A stretch of DNA of 52,962 nucleotides from Corallochytrium limacisporum Hawaii (lineage: Eukaryota; Protista; Pluriformea), in assembly GCA_002811645.1 (NCBI GenBank), contig PDIP01000061.1:1-52962 (forward strand). Reading direction: 5' to 3'. The translations under genes were made by a program, and so were the position numbers. The notes below the pieces were generated by a model, which was given only the letters and a program-made list of their open reading frames with translations, was not told where the DNA came from and ran no database searches. Every line of letters starts with the position of its first letter. Position 1 is the stretch's first letter. This document shows positions 19,743 through 29,737 of this stretch, in pieces.

Positions 19743-21470
19743 ATGACAGTTAAGTCAGGGAGCTCAACCCGAGGGTCGGGTTCGAAGCTGCCCGCTGTGC
19801 CAAAAGTTGCGTGCGAAATCTGCGGGCAGGACGTGACGCAGGCCGCGTATATTGAGTGCGCAGAATGCACTCGGACCGATAACGGAGATCGTTTGATTCT
19901 GTGTGCAAAATGCTTCGCAGATGGAGATGTGCCGAAAGACAATGAAGATATGTGGAATCACGCAGCAGATCACGACTACTATGTTCACGAATCGCCTCAC
20001 CGTCCCCTATTCTTAGGGTCTAGTTGGGGCGCGAGGGAAGAACAGTTGCTGATCGAAGGGCTACTGCGTTGCGGCTTCGGCAACTGGACCGCAGTGGCAG
20101 AATCGGTTGGTTCTCGGACAGCGACAGAGTGCGAGGACCACTATCTTAGTGTCTACATCTACGGGCCAGGAGCCGTGATTCCGCTCGGACGGAGCGCTCG
20201 TCGCCTTTCCAACGTCCTGACTGCTTCCAGGCTCAACGCTGAACGTGCGGTCGCAGACCATAGCCATGATAGTGTCTTTGCGACCCGACCAAGGCTCATC
20301 GGCAGCAAGGCACCAGCCGATGCGGGCTATATGCATAAACGCAAAGACTTTGAGGTTGAACCAGGGAACGCGGCGGAGTCTTTCATCAATGACACTGTTG
20401 TCCGGGTTTTGCGACGACCAGATGATGACTGTGAAGAAGAGAAGCCAGTGCCCAAAGGTACCAAGAAGAACAACAGCAAAAAGCAAGCTCTAAGCAAGAT
20501 CAACACAACTGGAACTCTACCAAAGTTAGTGGCAAATCTGCTGAATGACATGGCAACTATGGACAACGACGCACTCGAGGACTTGGACCCAGAAACAATT
20601 GCCAAGCTCGATGATGCTGTGTCCCTAGCAGCGCTGGAAGCTTACAATCGTGTGCGGGTGATGCGGCAGCGCCGTACCACGTTCACCATCCGACATGCTC
20701 TGGTCGACAACAGCGGCAAGAAAGCGCGCCACGTTCTAAAGAAGCACGGCATGCTCCCACCTACGCTCGGACCAGACGGACTACCGGAACAGGCGGATGA
20801 GAGTAAAGAGGAAAGTGATCAGAGTGTTGATGATGACGACGAGATGGGCATCACCGACGATGGCGTTCGGAACATCCTCAAGCCTGTCCGGCGCCTCATG
20901 GACGGCGACCGGTACCGTAGCCTGGCCAGAGGCATGAGCCGGGAACGGCAACTGCTCCGTGATCTCGACCGTTTGTCCACTAAAAGTCTGAAGAAGGGCG
21001 GCGCAAAGGGTCGTAAGAAAGGAGGTGACGTCACAGATGCCAACGACCCGTCGTCTGCGGCTGCCCTCGCTGCCGCTGCAGCGGCCGTGGCCGCCTTGAA
21101 TAGCAGCTCCGGGGGCGCGGTTCCGTCTTCGTCCACGACCGCCAATGGTGCGACGGCAACGATGAGCAATGACCCTGCAGATGCGCATCTCGGAATGATC
21201 TTGCAGAGTTACAATGGTACCGATCTCGAAAGCCTCCTGAGTACCAAGGAGCAACACCTCTGCTCTAAACTACATCTTCCGCCCCCGCAATACCTACAAG
21301 TCAAAGCCGCGTTCATAAAGGAGTCGAGCAAGCGTGGACAGCTCAGAATGACCCGCGCACAGAACCTGGCCCGTACATTGGACCGGCCAAGGATCCGGTC
21401 TCTGTACGAATTCTTTGCCAGTGTCGGCTGGATCTGTCCGACCGGAACAAAGCGCAAGATTCTGGCATGA
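19743..21470 (+). CDS. ADA2: Transcriptional adapter ADA2 (SAGA/ADA HAT module)
   Basis: ZZ finger (CEIC...CAEC...LCAKCF...H...HDY), SANT (WGAREEQLLIEG...GFGNW...HY), GYMHKRKDFEVE and C-terminal SWIRM (LLSTKEQHLCSKLHLPPPQYL). Confidence 0.92.
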   Translation: MTVKSGSSTRGSGSKLPAVPKVACEICGQDVTQAAYIECAECTRTDNGDRLILCAKCFADGDVPKDNEDMWNHAADHDYYVHESPHRPLFLGSSWGAREEQLLIEGLLRCGFGNWTAVAESVGSRTATECEDHYLSVYIYGPGAVIPLGRSARRLSNVLTASRLNAERAVADHSHDSVFATRPRLIGSKAPADAGYMHKRKDFEVEPGNAAESFINDTVVRVLRRPDDDCEEEKPVPKGTKKNNSKKQALSKINTTGTLPKLVANLLNDMATMDNDALEDLDPETIAKLDDAVSLAALEAYNRVRVMRQRRTTFTIRHALVDNSGKKARHVLKKHGMLPPTLGPDGLPEQADESKEESDQSVDDDDEMGITDDGVRNILKPVRRLMDGDRYRSLARGMSRERQLLRDLDRLSTKSLKKGGAKGRKKGGDVTDANDPSSAAALAAAAAAVAALNSSSGGAVPSSSTTANGATATMSNDPADAHLGMILQSYNGTDLESLLSTKEQHLCSKLHLPPPQYLQVKAAFIKESSKRGQLRMTRAQNLARTLDRPRIRSLYEFFASVGWICPTGTKRKILA

Positions 21471-21584
21471 TCAGGTAAATCGACCCCGGAAGCATATGTA
21501 TATAGGATACTCAATTCAAACGTAAATAAGTAGTAGAATGACTTAAATTTTATTCAACTAAGTAAATAAACTCATTAACCATGT

Positions 21585-23267
21585 TTAGAACTTCTTCAGC
21601 AGAGCCTTGGCTTTGTCATCATCCTCGTGCAATCCCAGAAGCCGACTCAGGGCTACGCGAATTACTGCCTTATCTTGCTCACGTAGGTCTTTGCGGTCCA
21701 GAGAAAGCATAAGCTCCCGGACGTGACCAATGGCGCTGTTCACATCTGCGTTGCATATCTTGCAGACTTGCTGCAGGCCACTGTTCGGCTGGCTCTCCCC
21801 AGAGGCTCCATTTCGGCCTACTAGAGCGGGATCCATATCCGGTGCCATGTCAAAGTGTATGAGAGCATACGCTTCAGGGTGGTGATCTTCCTCATGTCGC
21901 TCATGATCATGGTCACCGTCGTAGCCATCCTGGTCGGTGGGGTGTGACTTCTTCTTCCTTGACATGCTGTACCAATGCACGTTCTTGACTGCATGTTTAC
22001 CCTTTTGCCGCAGAAGCTGCATGACGAGCTGACGGTTCAGGCTGCTGCCTTCCACTTCGGCCCGTTCAACCGCAATCTTCTTCAAACGTATCTTGCGCAT
22101 TTCGTCCGGCAGGCCAGGAACTGACTGCTGAGAAAGCTCCAGCTGCTCTCCATCAAGCTGTATCTCTGCATCATCATGATCCACCGCATGGAGCGGCAGT
22201 CCAAGTGCCGCAGACCCCAAGTGCTGGCTCAGCATATCGGCTCGCTCCCGCTCTTTCTCCAGCATGCGCTGCATCCTTCTCTCCCGACGGTCATGCTTCT
22301 CGCGTAGCAGGCGCATTTCGTGTCTTGCATGGTGTAACGCTTCAAGCAGGAGCGTTGTGTCATCGATCGCCTGCATGGCGGTGATGTCCTGATCCGGCGT
22401 GTAGCCATCTGCGGAGGTGATGATGCCAACCTCCGGGACAAGGTCGGCCGCACCAGTAGACGTGGACGTGAATGGAGTGTCACGCTTCGACGCGGACGGA
22501 TCATCTGATATAGAGACACTGCTCGCATTGCTCAGGCGCTTGGCTTGCTGCTGTTTCTGCAACTGTTGTTCTTTTCCTGCGGTCTCTGGGTCGCCAGCGG
22601 CCAGTTCAACGGGGTCCTCGTCGTCGAGTTCCTCTTCGGTGCCAACATTCGCGTCGCCCATGCGCAGGCGGGCCATTTCGGCATGGAGAGCCTCCCGTTC
22701 AGCGAGTTCCAGTTCGAGTTGGTTGACAACAGTGCTGAAGGTACGGGAGATGACCGTAGATTGGTTTTTGGGTGCTTTGGTCGCGCCATCCACTCCCCCT
22801 TTGCTTTCCTTCCGATGATTTTGTTGAACTTCTGCAGACTTGCGCGGGCTTATGCTGAGCTGGAGTTCTAGTTCACGGATTCGTGCATTCAGAGCGTCCT
22901 GTTCGTCAGTGAGACCGTCAACCTCGGTCTCCAGCGCATAGATCGTCTGTTTCATAGCCCGCATCAGCTGGCGGTCTGTGCGCCGTTTGGCCCGCAGATC
23001 GCCAACGTGCTGCGCCTTCTGACGTCCCGATCCTGACGATGCTCCTGAACCGCCAATCTTAAACTTTCGTGGTGTCCCAATGGGTGAAGATGGTGGCGGT
23101 GTCCGGCTGTTGCGCTCGTGCACCCCACGAATCAGTCGCTTGTGCTCAAGCACGAGTTTCGACAGAGCTTGGCGGTAGCGGTGCAGCTCATCTTCGAGTT
23201 CAAGGATGTGTGCCTTGATCTCTGTCTCGGACTTTACATTGTTGACACCCCCTTCCGTTTCTGTCAT
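21585..23267 (-). CDS. Uncharacterised coiled-coil protein
   Basis: 560-aa ATG-initiated ORF; several heptad-like E/L/R/K-rich helices separated by low-complexity linkers; no family motif recognised. Confidence 0.8.
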   Translation of the reverse strand: MTETEGGVNNVKSETEIKAHILELEDELHRYRQALSKLVLEHKRLIRGVHERNSRTPPPSSPIGTPRKFKIGGSGASSGSGRQKAQHVGDLRAKRRTDRQLMRAMKQTIYALETEVDGLTDEQDALNARIRELELQLSISPRKSAEVQQNHRKESKGGVDGATKAPKNQSTVISRTFSTVVNQLELELAEREALHAEMARLRMGDANVGTEEELDDEDPVELAAGDPETAGKEQQLQKQQQAKRLSNASSVSISDDPSASKRDTPFTSTSTGAADLVPEVGIITSADGYTPDQDITAMQAIDDTTLLLEALHHARHEMRLLREKHDRRERRMQRMLEKERERADMLSQHLGSAALGLPLHAVDHDDAEIQLDGEQLELSQQSVPGLPDEMRKIRLKKIAVERAEVEGSSLNRQLVMQLLRQKGKHAVKNVHWYSMSRKKKSHPTDQDGYDGDHDHERHEEDHHPEAYALIHFDMAPDMDPALVGRNGASGESQPNSGLQQVCKICNADVNSAIGHVRELMLSLDRKDLREQDKAVIRVALSRLLGLHEDDDKAKALLKKF

Positions 23268-24408
23268 GGTCGTGGAGTAATCTAAATGCCCAGATTTTCT
23301 ATGTACAATACGAAATAAAACTTCTTACCAAGAACGCGTGACGTCGTCCGGTACATCTCAAAATGTCACCGTGTCATTCTTTAAAGGACAGCTTCATCAA
23401 ATGGACTGTCTCTTTCAAATTTTCTAATTATGAATTCAACCCTTAACACATGCGTGATGTAACAAGATCCTGTCCCTAAATAGGGTCTCCAGTCCATTCG
23501 AAAAGCACCTGTAGAGACGCCCACCTAGGACGAATACTGGCTCACAATTTTTTCTTTTCGTCCTTCTGTTATTACCACTCCGAAGGGCCGAGGGGGGTCG
23601 GTTTCTGCCCCCGCCCTTCCGCGGACTATGTGAAAAATCCTCTGGCCTGTGACTCAGTGCCAACCGTACCAAGCTCCGCGGCCCTCCCGAAGGGAACGGT
23701 GGTATCCCTCCCCCCTCCTCCGACACCGGAGATGGGCGGGTGGCTGGAGGAGCGGGCGGCAAAAGCCTCCTCCCCCGGGAGAAGGGGGGGGGGCAGACGA
23801 CAAAAAAAAAAAGTTCAGGCGAGGTGGTGGGCCCTGTGGTTTGAGTGGGCCGATTGGCAACAGCAGGTCAGGAGAGTAATGAGGCATTGAAAATTAAGAC
23901 GAGATTAAAGACCCGCACGCACACCGATGGGTTCTTGTGGACAGGTGAAAAGAAACTAAGGCCCCCGTCTCCAGCAGGACAGAGCACCTAACTTAATACC
24001 CCTGGTACCACCCTTGCCCCTATCCCGGCCCCCCCCCCTCCCCTCCACCGATCCTCTCTAGAACACATTCGAATTCTTGGGTCCTTCCCAACCAGTCTGA
24101 ATAACAACACTGCCCAAGAATTGTCTGCCCCACGGGCGGCCCCCCTGGGAGGGGGGAAGGGAAGGGAGCAAGGACCGTACGGACGGCATGGATATAGTAG
24201 GGGGCATGTGTTTGTTGTGAATCGCATTGGGAAGCGTTTTGGGTGGAACGCTTTGCAGTAGAAACACATAATGGGGATTCGATGGAGTTGCAGAACTATT
24301 CGTTGTCTGTAATTTACAGACTACTTCAAAGATGAGGGATCTTGGGTGTCTGGATTTGCTGACCGCGCTTTTTTATACCCTTGTTTTTGCAAAGCAGACG
24401 CACTTAAG

Positions 24409-25452
24409 ATGTCCTCTTCGCAGCTTGCCGCACGGTGGCGTGGTACCTTTACCACCGCCCGAAGTCTCATGGAAAGACTGAAGGCCTCGCCAACATCTGC
24501 GGGAACGGTCCGGATCCTAGACTGTTCCTGGCACATGCCCAACAGCGGGCGCAACCCAGCACAAGAGTTTTCACAGAAACACATTCCTGGTGCCAGGTTC
24601 TTCGATCAGGACGTTGTTGCGGCACCATCTGCTGAAGCACAGCCACCGCATATGTTCCCGACACAGGATCAATTGAAAAGCGCTTTGAGCAGCCTAGGAG
24701 TCGACAATGACACAGAAATCGTTCTCTACGACACGGTTGGAATCTTTAGCACACCTCGGATGTGGTATCTGCTCAGGCGCTGCTACGGTTTTCCGGAGAG
24801 TCGTGTAAAGATCCTCAGCGGTGGCCTCCCCGCGTGGGAATCTGAGGGTGGCGAGACGGAGATTGGAGAGATATCACCTAGTACAACCAACAGCGGTACG
24901 ACGGGCTCACTACAGGTCAACGCGCTAGACCGATCAGCGGTCCGCACCTACTCGGACATTGCCGACTTCGCAAACCTCCACCTCCGGAACTTTCAGCACC
25001 GTGAAATGGCCGCAGGAGGCGCTGGTTCGGGCCCGGGGGGATACGGAGTGGCACAGGCTGGTGCTGTCCATCAACTCGTCGACGCGCGGGCAGCGGGACG
25101 GTTCATGGGCACCGCACCGGAGCCCAGGCCTGGGTTGCAAAGCGGGTCCGTGCCCGGCAGTGTGAACCTGCCTTTCAGCGACGTCCTGACGGTTTGCGGA
25201 GAGTCATCATTACAGTCCATCACGGAGAACCCAGAGGAATTACAGGAGAAATTCACGAACGTGGATGTGGACCTCCTTTCGCCCCTGACCGCGACTTGTG
25301 GCTCGGGCATGACTGCCTGTACTATAGCGCTGGCAGCCTACCTCGCGGGTGCGCCGCTGGACCGTGTGTCTGTCTTTGATGGGTCGTGGACAGAGTACGC
25401 TGGACGGCAGGGTGCACCAATTGTCATTAGGGCCGATCCGAAAACATCGTGA
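24409..25452 (+). CDS. MPST: 3-mercaptopyruvate/thiosulfate sulfurtransferase (tandem rhodanese)
   Basis: First ATG at 24409. LDCSWHMP, HIPGARFFD, DARAAGRFMG.APEPRPG..SG, active-site loop TCGSGMTAC (MPST-type CGSG) and FDGSWTEY. Confidence 0.92.
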   Translation: MSSSQLAARWRGTFTTARSLMERLKASPTSAGTVRILDCSWHMPNSGRNPAQEFSQKHIPGARFFDQDVVAAPSAEAQPPHMFPTQDQLKSALSSLGVDNDTEIVLYDTVGIFSTPRMWYLLRRCYGFPESRVKILSGGLPAWESEGGETEIGEISPSTTNSGTTGSLQVNALDRSAVRTYSDIADFANLHLRNFQHREMAAGGAGSGPGGYGVAQAGAVHQLVDARAAGRFMGTAPEPRPGLQSGSVPGSVNLPFSDVLTVCGESSLQSITENPEELQEKFTNVDVDLLSPLTATCGSGMTACTIALAAYLAGAPLDRVSVFDGSWTEYAGRQGAPIVIRADPKTS

Positions 25453-25586
25453 AAAATTGTATAATTCCGGTACTGGTTACTAGAAGCAAATACTTTGTTT
25501 ATTCTTTTTGAATTTTGTTTATATTCCATGCGTGACGTTCCAGAACGTCAACGTTTAGGGCAAGGCTTTCTTATCGCACAGCGGGT

Positions 25587-27710
25587 TTATCGCGTAGCTG
25601 CCACCCCGTCATCTATTCCAAAAGTATAGTTGCGTCGCACAGAGCAGTCGATGCGCACCACCACAGCGCCAATCTGGCGCAGCCGTCGACGCAGTTCGCT
25701 CACCTTTGCGTCGTCAGAGCAGTAGCCCAGTATCGCACCGCCGGATCCTGGGTACTTGGCCGGAATGTCCAGCATTCGTGCCACGCGGATCATCGCCAAA
25801 TTCGCTGATCCGAGGACTGCCTCGCCATAGATCTTGGACCGCAGCGCAAAGTTCCGTTCCATCAGCCGCCCAAACTCGGAGTACCGCCGCTCAGACAAAG
25901 CCTGCTTTCCCTGGTGCGTCAGTTGAGCAAGTTCATGCATCACCGCGATCACGTTTTCGTCACCTTCTGCGAAGCGCTCCGCCACTGAGGAGTGTACCTG
26001 ACCGGATTCCATTGCGGTCTCATCAGCACCACTGACACCAACACCACCACTGCCGCCTTCAGCGCTGCTCTTCTCTCCGTTAACGTCTAGTTCCTGAGAA
26101 GAGGAAGACGCCTCCCGCGATAACTTCAGTGAAGAAGGTTGTTGTGTCAGCTCCGGTGAAGGGTAGTAGGCAATGAAGAAGGCGTTATGCCGGTTCTTTG
26201 GGTGATCCACGACCAATTCTTCGTTTAACAGACTCTCGTAGTAGCCAAATCCTTGTCGATTCACGATCTCAGCATTGAAATCCATCATGACCAGACCCTG
26301 ATACACCTGCGCAACCCGATCCTGCAGGCCGCACTGGATGCCTAGCTCGTCCATTTCCACGGAGCGAATCATGTTTGCCTGTATGGGCTTGGGCATCTGC
26401 ACCTCCGTCACACCGAAGAACTCCATTAGACAACGCCAGGTTGCCGTTATGATAGCACTGCTGCCGGCTAGACCCATCTGTCGCGGCACCTGCGTGTCGT
26501 AGCTAAGAGCAAAACCACAGCCTTCTTCCGAAGTGGACGCCAAAGGGATCTTCAAGGTCTTACAAGCCCGGTAGAAGACCTTGCAGGTGGCCTGCAGCAA
26601 GCGTAGGCCGTTATTGGCGTTGGTGGGTGACGCCGACCTCTTTCCAGTCTCGCCAGTCACGCTATCGCTACCGTTATCGTCTTTCTCCAGCCGGGATTGC
26701 TCTTCTTCCTCTTCGTCGCCCTCGGTAAGATCGTCAAGGTAGGCATGTATCCGGTGATCGTGGTGAGGATGTGCGATCAGATGCACACCGTGCGGCCGTG
26801 GGACTAGCAAGGCCTCGGCCCAGAACTGAGCAATGGTCATGGCCAAGGTCGCACCTCCGAACCCGTCGCTGGGGTTCCCCAGTAGTCCGACCCGAGCGTT
26901 GGCAGCGTGACGAATTGGGCGACGTTCAGTGAATGTCGCCGATGATGCTGATCCCCGAGTAGCCTGTACATGATCACAATACGTAGGTAGACTGTGCTCT
27001 TCGGCGTACCCGCCATGTTCCTTTACCAGGTCGTGAATGGTAGATTCAAAGATAAACGGATCGTCAGCGTCGATATCCAATTCTTTCGATCCCTGTCGCA
27101 CGCGGTCATCAATGTGTTCGAGCAATGTATCACCGATTGCAATCATGCAGATCGATCCATGGCATTTGCATTTTCCGACAATAACATCGTATGGTCCACA
27201 TTCGGTGAATGGCTTCAGCACCGGCATCGTATATGATGTGGGGTCAATGTCGGTGAAAGAATTGATGAGGATCACCGATTTAAAGTTTCCCACCGTTGAT
27301 CTCAGAGGACTTGAAGGTGATGACCGGTGACCACCAGCTCGCAGATAGCGGTGCACGACCAACGCGTCCCGAAGCGTTAGACCTGATCCCCTATACACGT
27401 CTGTATCACTCGGAACGTGCCAGTTGTAGTTGCAGCGCATGTTCCTCACTCGAATGCCTTTCTTGCTTGCCCAAGACTGTACCAGTGGTAGCGAGTGTAA
27501 ATCACTGACCACGTGAATGTTAATGTCGCTGGCCATCTTACGGGCCACAGAGAGCCAGTCGTCCGCAGACGCATTGTTACCATCTCTGCGCCTGTACAAC
27601 GGTCTCGGGCGGCACGGTATGCTGGATTCTGTCTGAAAATGCTCTCCATAGGGCTGAGGCCACGGATCGTTGACCACAAAGCTCACGTACTGTTGTAGCA
27701 CAGACCGCAT
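25587..27710 (-). CDS. Glucuronokinase (GHMP kinase) with a ~270-aa N-terminal domain, possibly a degenerate nucleotidyltransferase
   Basis: First ATG at 27710 (gcaccATG). ARVGLLGNPSDGFGG, GLAGSSA, CGLQDRVAQVYQGL, ESGQVHS and AKYPGSGGA are glucuronokinase motifs. Confidence 0.88.
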   Translation of the reverse strand: MRSVLQQYVSFVVNDPWPQPYGEHFQTESSIPCRPRPLYRRRDGNNASADDWLSVARKMASDINIHVVSDLHSLPLVQSWASKKGIRVRNMRCNYNWHVPSDTDVYRGSGLTLRDALVVHRYLRAGGHRSSPSSPLRSTVGNFKSVILINSFTDIDPTSYTMPVLKPFTECGPYDVIVGKCKCHGSICMIAIGDTLLEHIDDRVRQGSKELDIDADDPFIFESTIHDLVKEHGGYAEEHSLPTYCDHVQATRGSASSATFTERRPIRHAANARVGLLGNPSDGFGGATLAMTIAQFWAEALLVPRPHGVHLIAHPHHDHRIHAYLDDLTEGDEEEEEQSRLEKDDNGSDSVTGETGKRSASPTNANNGLRLLQATCKVFYRACKTLKIPLASTSEEGCGFALSYDTQVPRQMGLAGSSAIITATWRCLMEFFGVTEVQMPKPIQANMIRSVEMDELGIQCGLQDRVAQVYQGLVMMDFNAEIVNRQGFGYYESLLNEELVVDHPKNRHNAFFIAYYPSPELTQQPSSLKLSREASSSSQELDVNGEKSSAEGGSGGVGVSGADETAMESGQVHSSVAERFAEGDENVIAVMHELAQLTHQGKQALSERRYSEFGRLMERNFALRSKIYGEAVLGSANLAMIRVARMLDIPAKYPGSGGAILGYCSDDAKVSELRRRLRQIGAVVVRIDCSVRRNYTFGIDDGVAATR

Positions 27711-29631
27711 GGTGCCAATACCTCTCTCACCTACCACTACCAACCCGAACAAATGGTAGGTCACGTTCTACTCCCACGAAGAGGTCCCGCAAATGCATGG
27801 AATCGATCTCCGACTGCGAGTACCTTTCGCAAAGACGCGTTGTAAACTCAAGCTTGGCAGTGGAAAAACGAAATGAAAAAAAGGAAAAAGAATCCTCAAC
27901 GCGTACCAGCAGTCAACTGCAAGGGGTGTCATTGTTATGGCTTGACCATGTAGCTCTCGTCCGTACCTACACCCGCCATTTCAGCGCCCTCCCACACCTT
28001 CAAGCACCAGGAATCTCCGAAAATCAAATCAAGATATATTCCAATATATTTGAATATTTTCAAACATATTTTATTGATCGAAATGGAGTCAGATGAAGCC
28101 AAAGATGATCAGTTCGCCCCTACGATTTTGGTTCCGGTGATCTGTTTGCACCATATTGCGTTATTATCTCCCCATTGGCAAGTGTCTGGATGGGTGCCAT
28201 TGAGCTCCTTCCGCAGGTAGAAATGCGGTGGGTTCCGGTCGTCGCTTTCCATGCCTGGTCTTTCGAAAGACCCAAAACTGTCTGGCAACCCAGGTCCTTT
28301 CAAATCCCCGCCCTTCGCCGTTTTCTGGTACACACACCCACACCCGCAAAAGATGCAGAGTTGTTGGGGTGCGTGTCGGCGCAAGCGGTTTCGCTGGTGA
28401 AACGCCTGGCTCATCAAACTGTGACACATCCACACCCCCATTGTTTGGCCATCTTAGGGGTCGTGTGGTATGTGTGCTTCCTACACCACGTCCCATCAGT
28501 TACTTGCCTTGCTACAGGAAGATGACCGTGTCGATGGGTTCGAAGACAGCGTATGATGTGTTGGCCGCGTCATTTATGCAACAGACACTCTCTGCGCAGT
28601 GAGTGTGGGGTACGAGAAAGTCGGAGGACGGGTGTTATCGTGTGTGTGTGTTTGTATAAGTATATATATATATATATGGGTGTGTGAGAAAAGGAGTTTG
28701 CTTTCAGCAGAGCAGCAGCGGCAGTGGTAACACCACCTGTCTTACGACCACGTACTGATTCCGAATGCGTGACACATCTCACTTGCCCACCTCAACTATA
28801 GGGATCGGCGCCGACAGCATCGTTTCTTCTATACTCTCTTGTGTTCACAAGTCTTTATCAAGGCCAATGCACAATTCCGGTCCAAGGATGTGCGCCCCAG
28901 GGTGTGCGGAGTGGGCTCTGTTCGCAGAAGCCAGAAGGCAATTGCCTGCGCAACAAAAACAGGAGCAACCAAGACTGTGCGCAGCGAAAGGCCGGGAACC
29001 TGGCTGAGAAATTCCTTGGGCATACCGGCAAGCGCACAGCGGCAGCCACTCTGGTCTGCGTCGATTCCAACGCTACTGCCCCGACTCTTTCTTGTGCCGT
29101 AGCGCTGTCAAGAAAAAAAAATATTGTGAAAAAAACTTTCTGTTTTGCTGCGAATGGGTCGTTGGAGGAAGACCTCCCCCCCGGGCCCCCCGGGGGGCGG
29201 GAGGAGTGTTGGAGGAAGGCAGACCTAAACGCTGCGAGATACGACCCACTGGCACCCCAAAGTTTTTTAGTAGTACATTCGTTATGGAAACTATGGACCG
29301 TCGGAAGCGGACGGGGACTCCGTGTCCTTGCTGCTGTGTTGCGTGCGTGGCAAGGTCCAAAGATGGGCAAGAAGCCCCGGAGGGGGGGAAGGGAGAATTG
29401 CGGGGGGTTTCCGGAGGAGTGGTTTTGTTGGTGCCTGGTCAAAGGCTCACATCTGCCAGTCTTAGGTGTTCTTTTGGCACCACCACACACACCTGTCTTT
29501 CTTGCTTTCTGTTCCATTCGCTCTGGCGAAGGTCTTCGTGGTCTGTTGCAAGAGCATGGTCTTTCACGATTCCGCTTATCTGACCCGTCCAACGGATTCA
29601 ACGCAGGTGTCCCCACATCGCGCACTGGAGG

Positions 29632-29639
29632 TATATAAA
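29632..29639 (+). promoter_or_regulatory. Candidate TATA box of acyltransferase paralog 1
   Basis: TATATAAA about 100 bp upstream of ATG 29738. Confidence 0.5.
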
Positions 29640-29737
29640 CCGGTCCTTATTCCGAACACACTGGTGTTTACAACCTTGAGAGGCATACTTCGGGATCACC
29701 ATAGATTCTAAACGCCTGCAGTTTAGAAACTTACACA

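Noticed and set aside
27990-28080. AT-rich AATAT-repeating patch (similar at 31290-31400) as a possible origin
   Set aside because: No exact repeat or consensus supports a call; ordinary AT-rich spacer DNA explains it.
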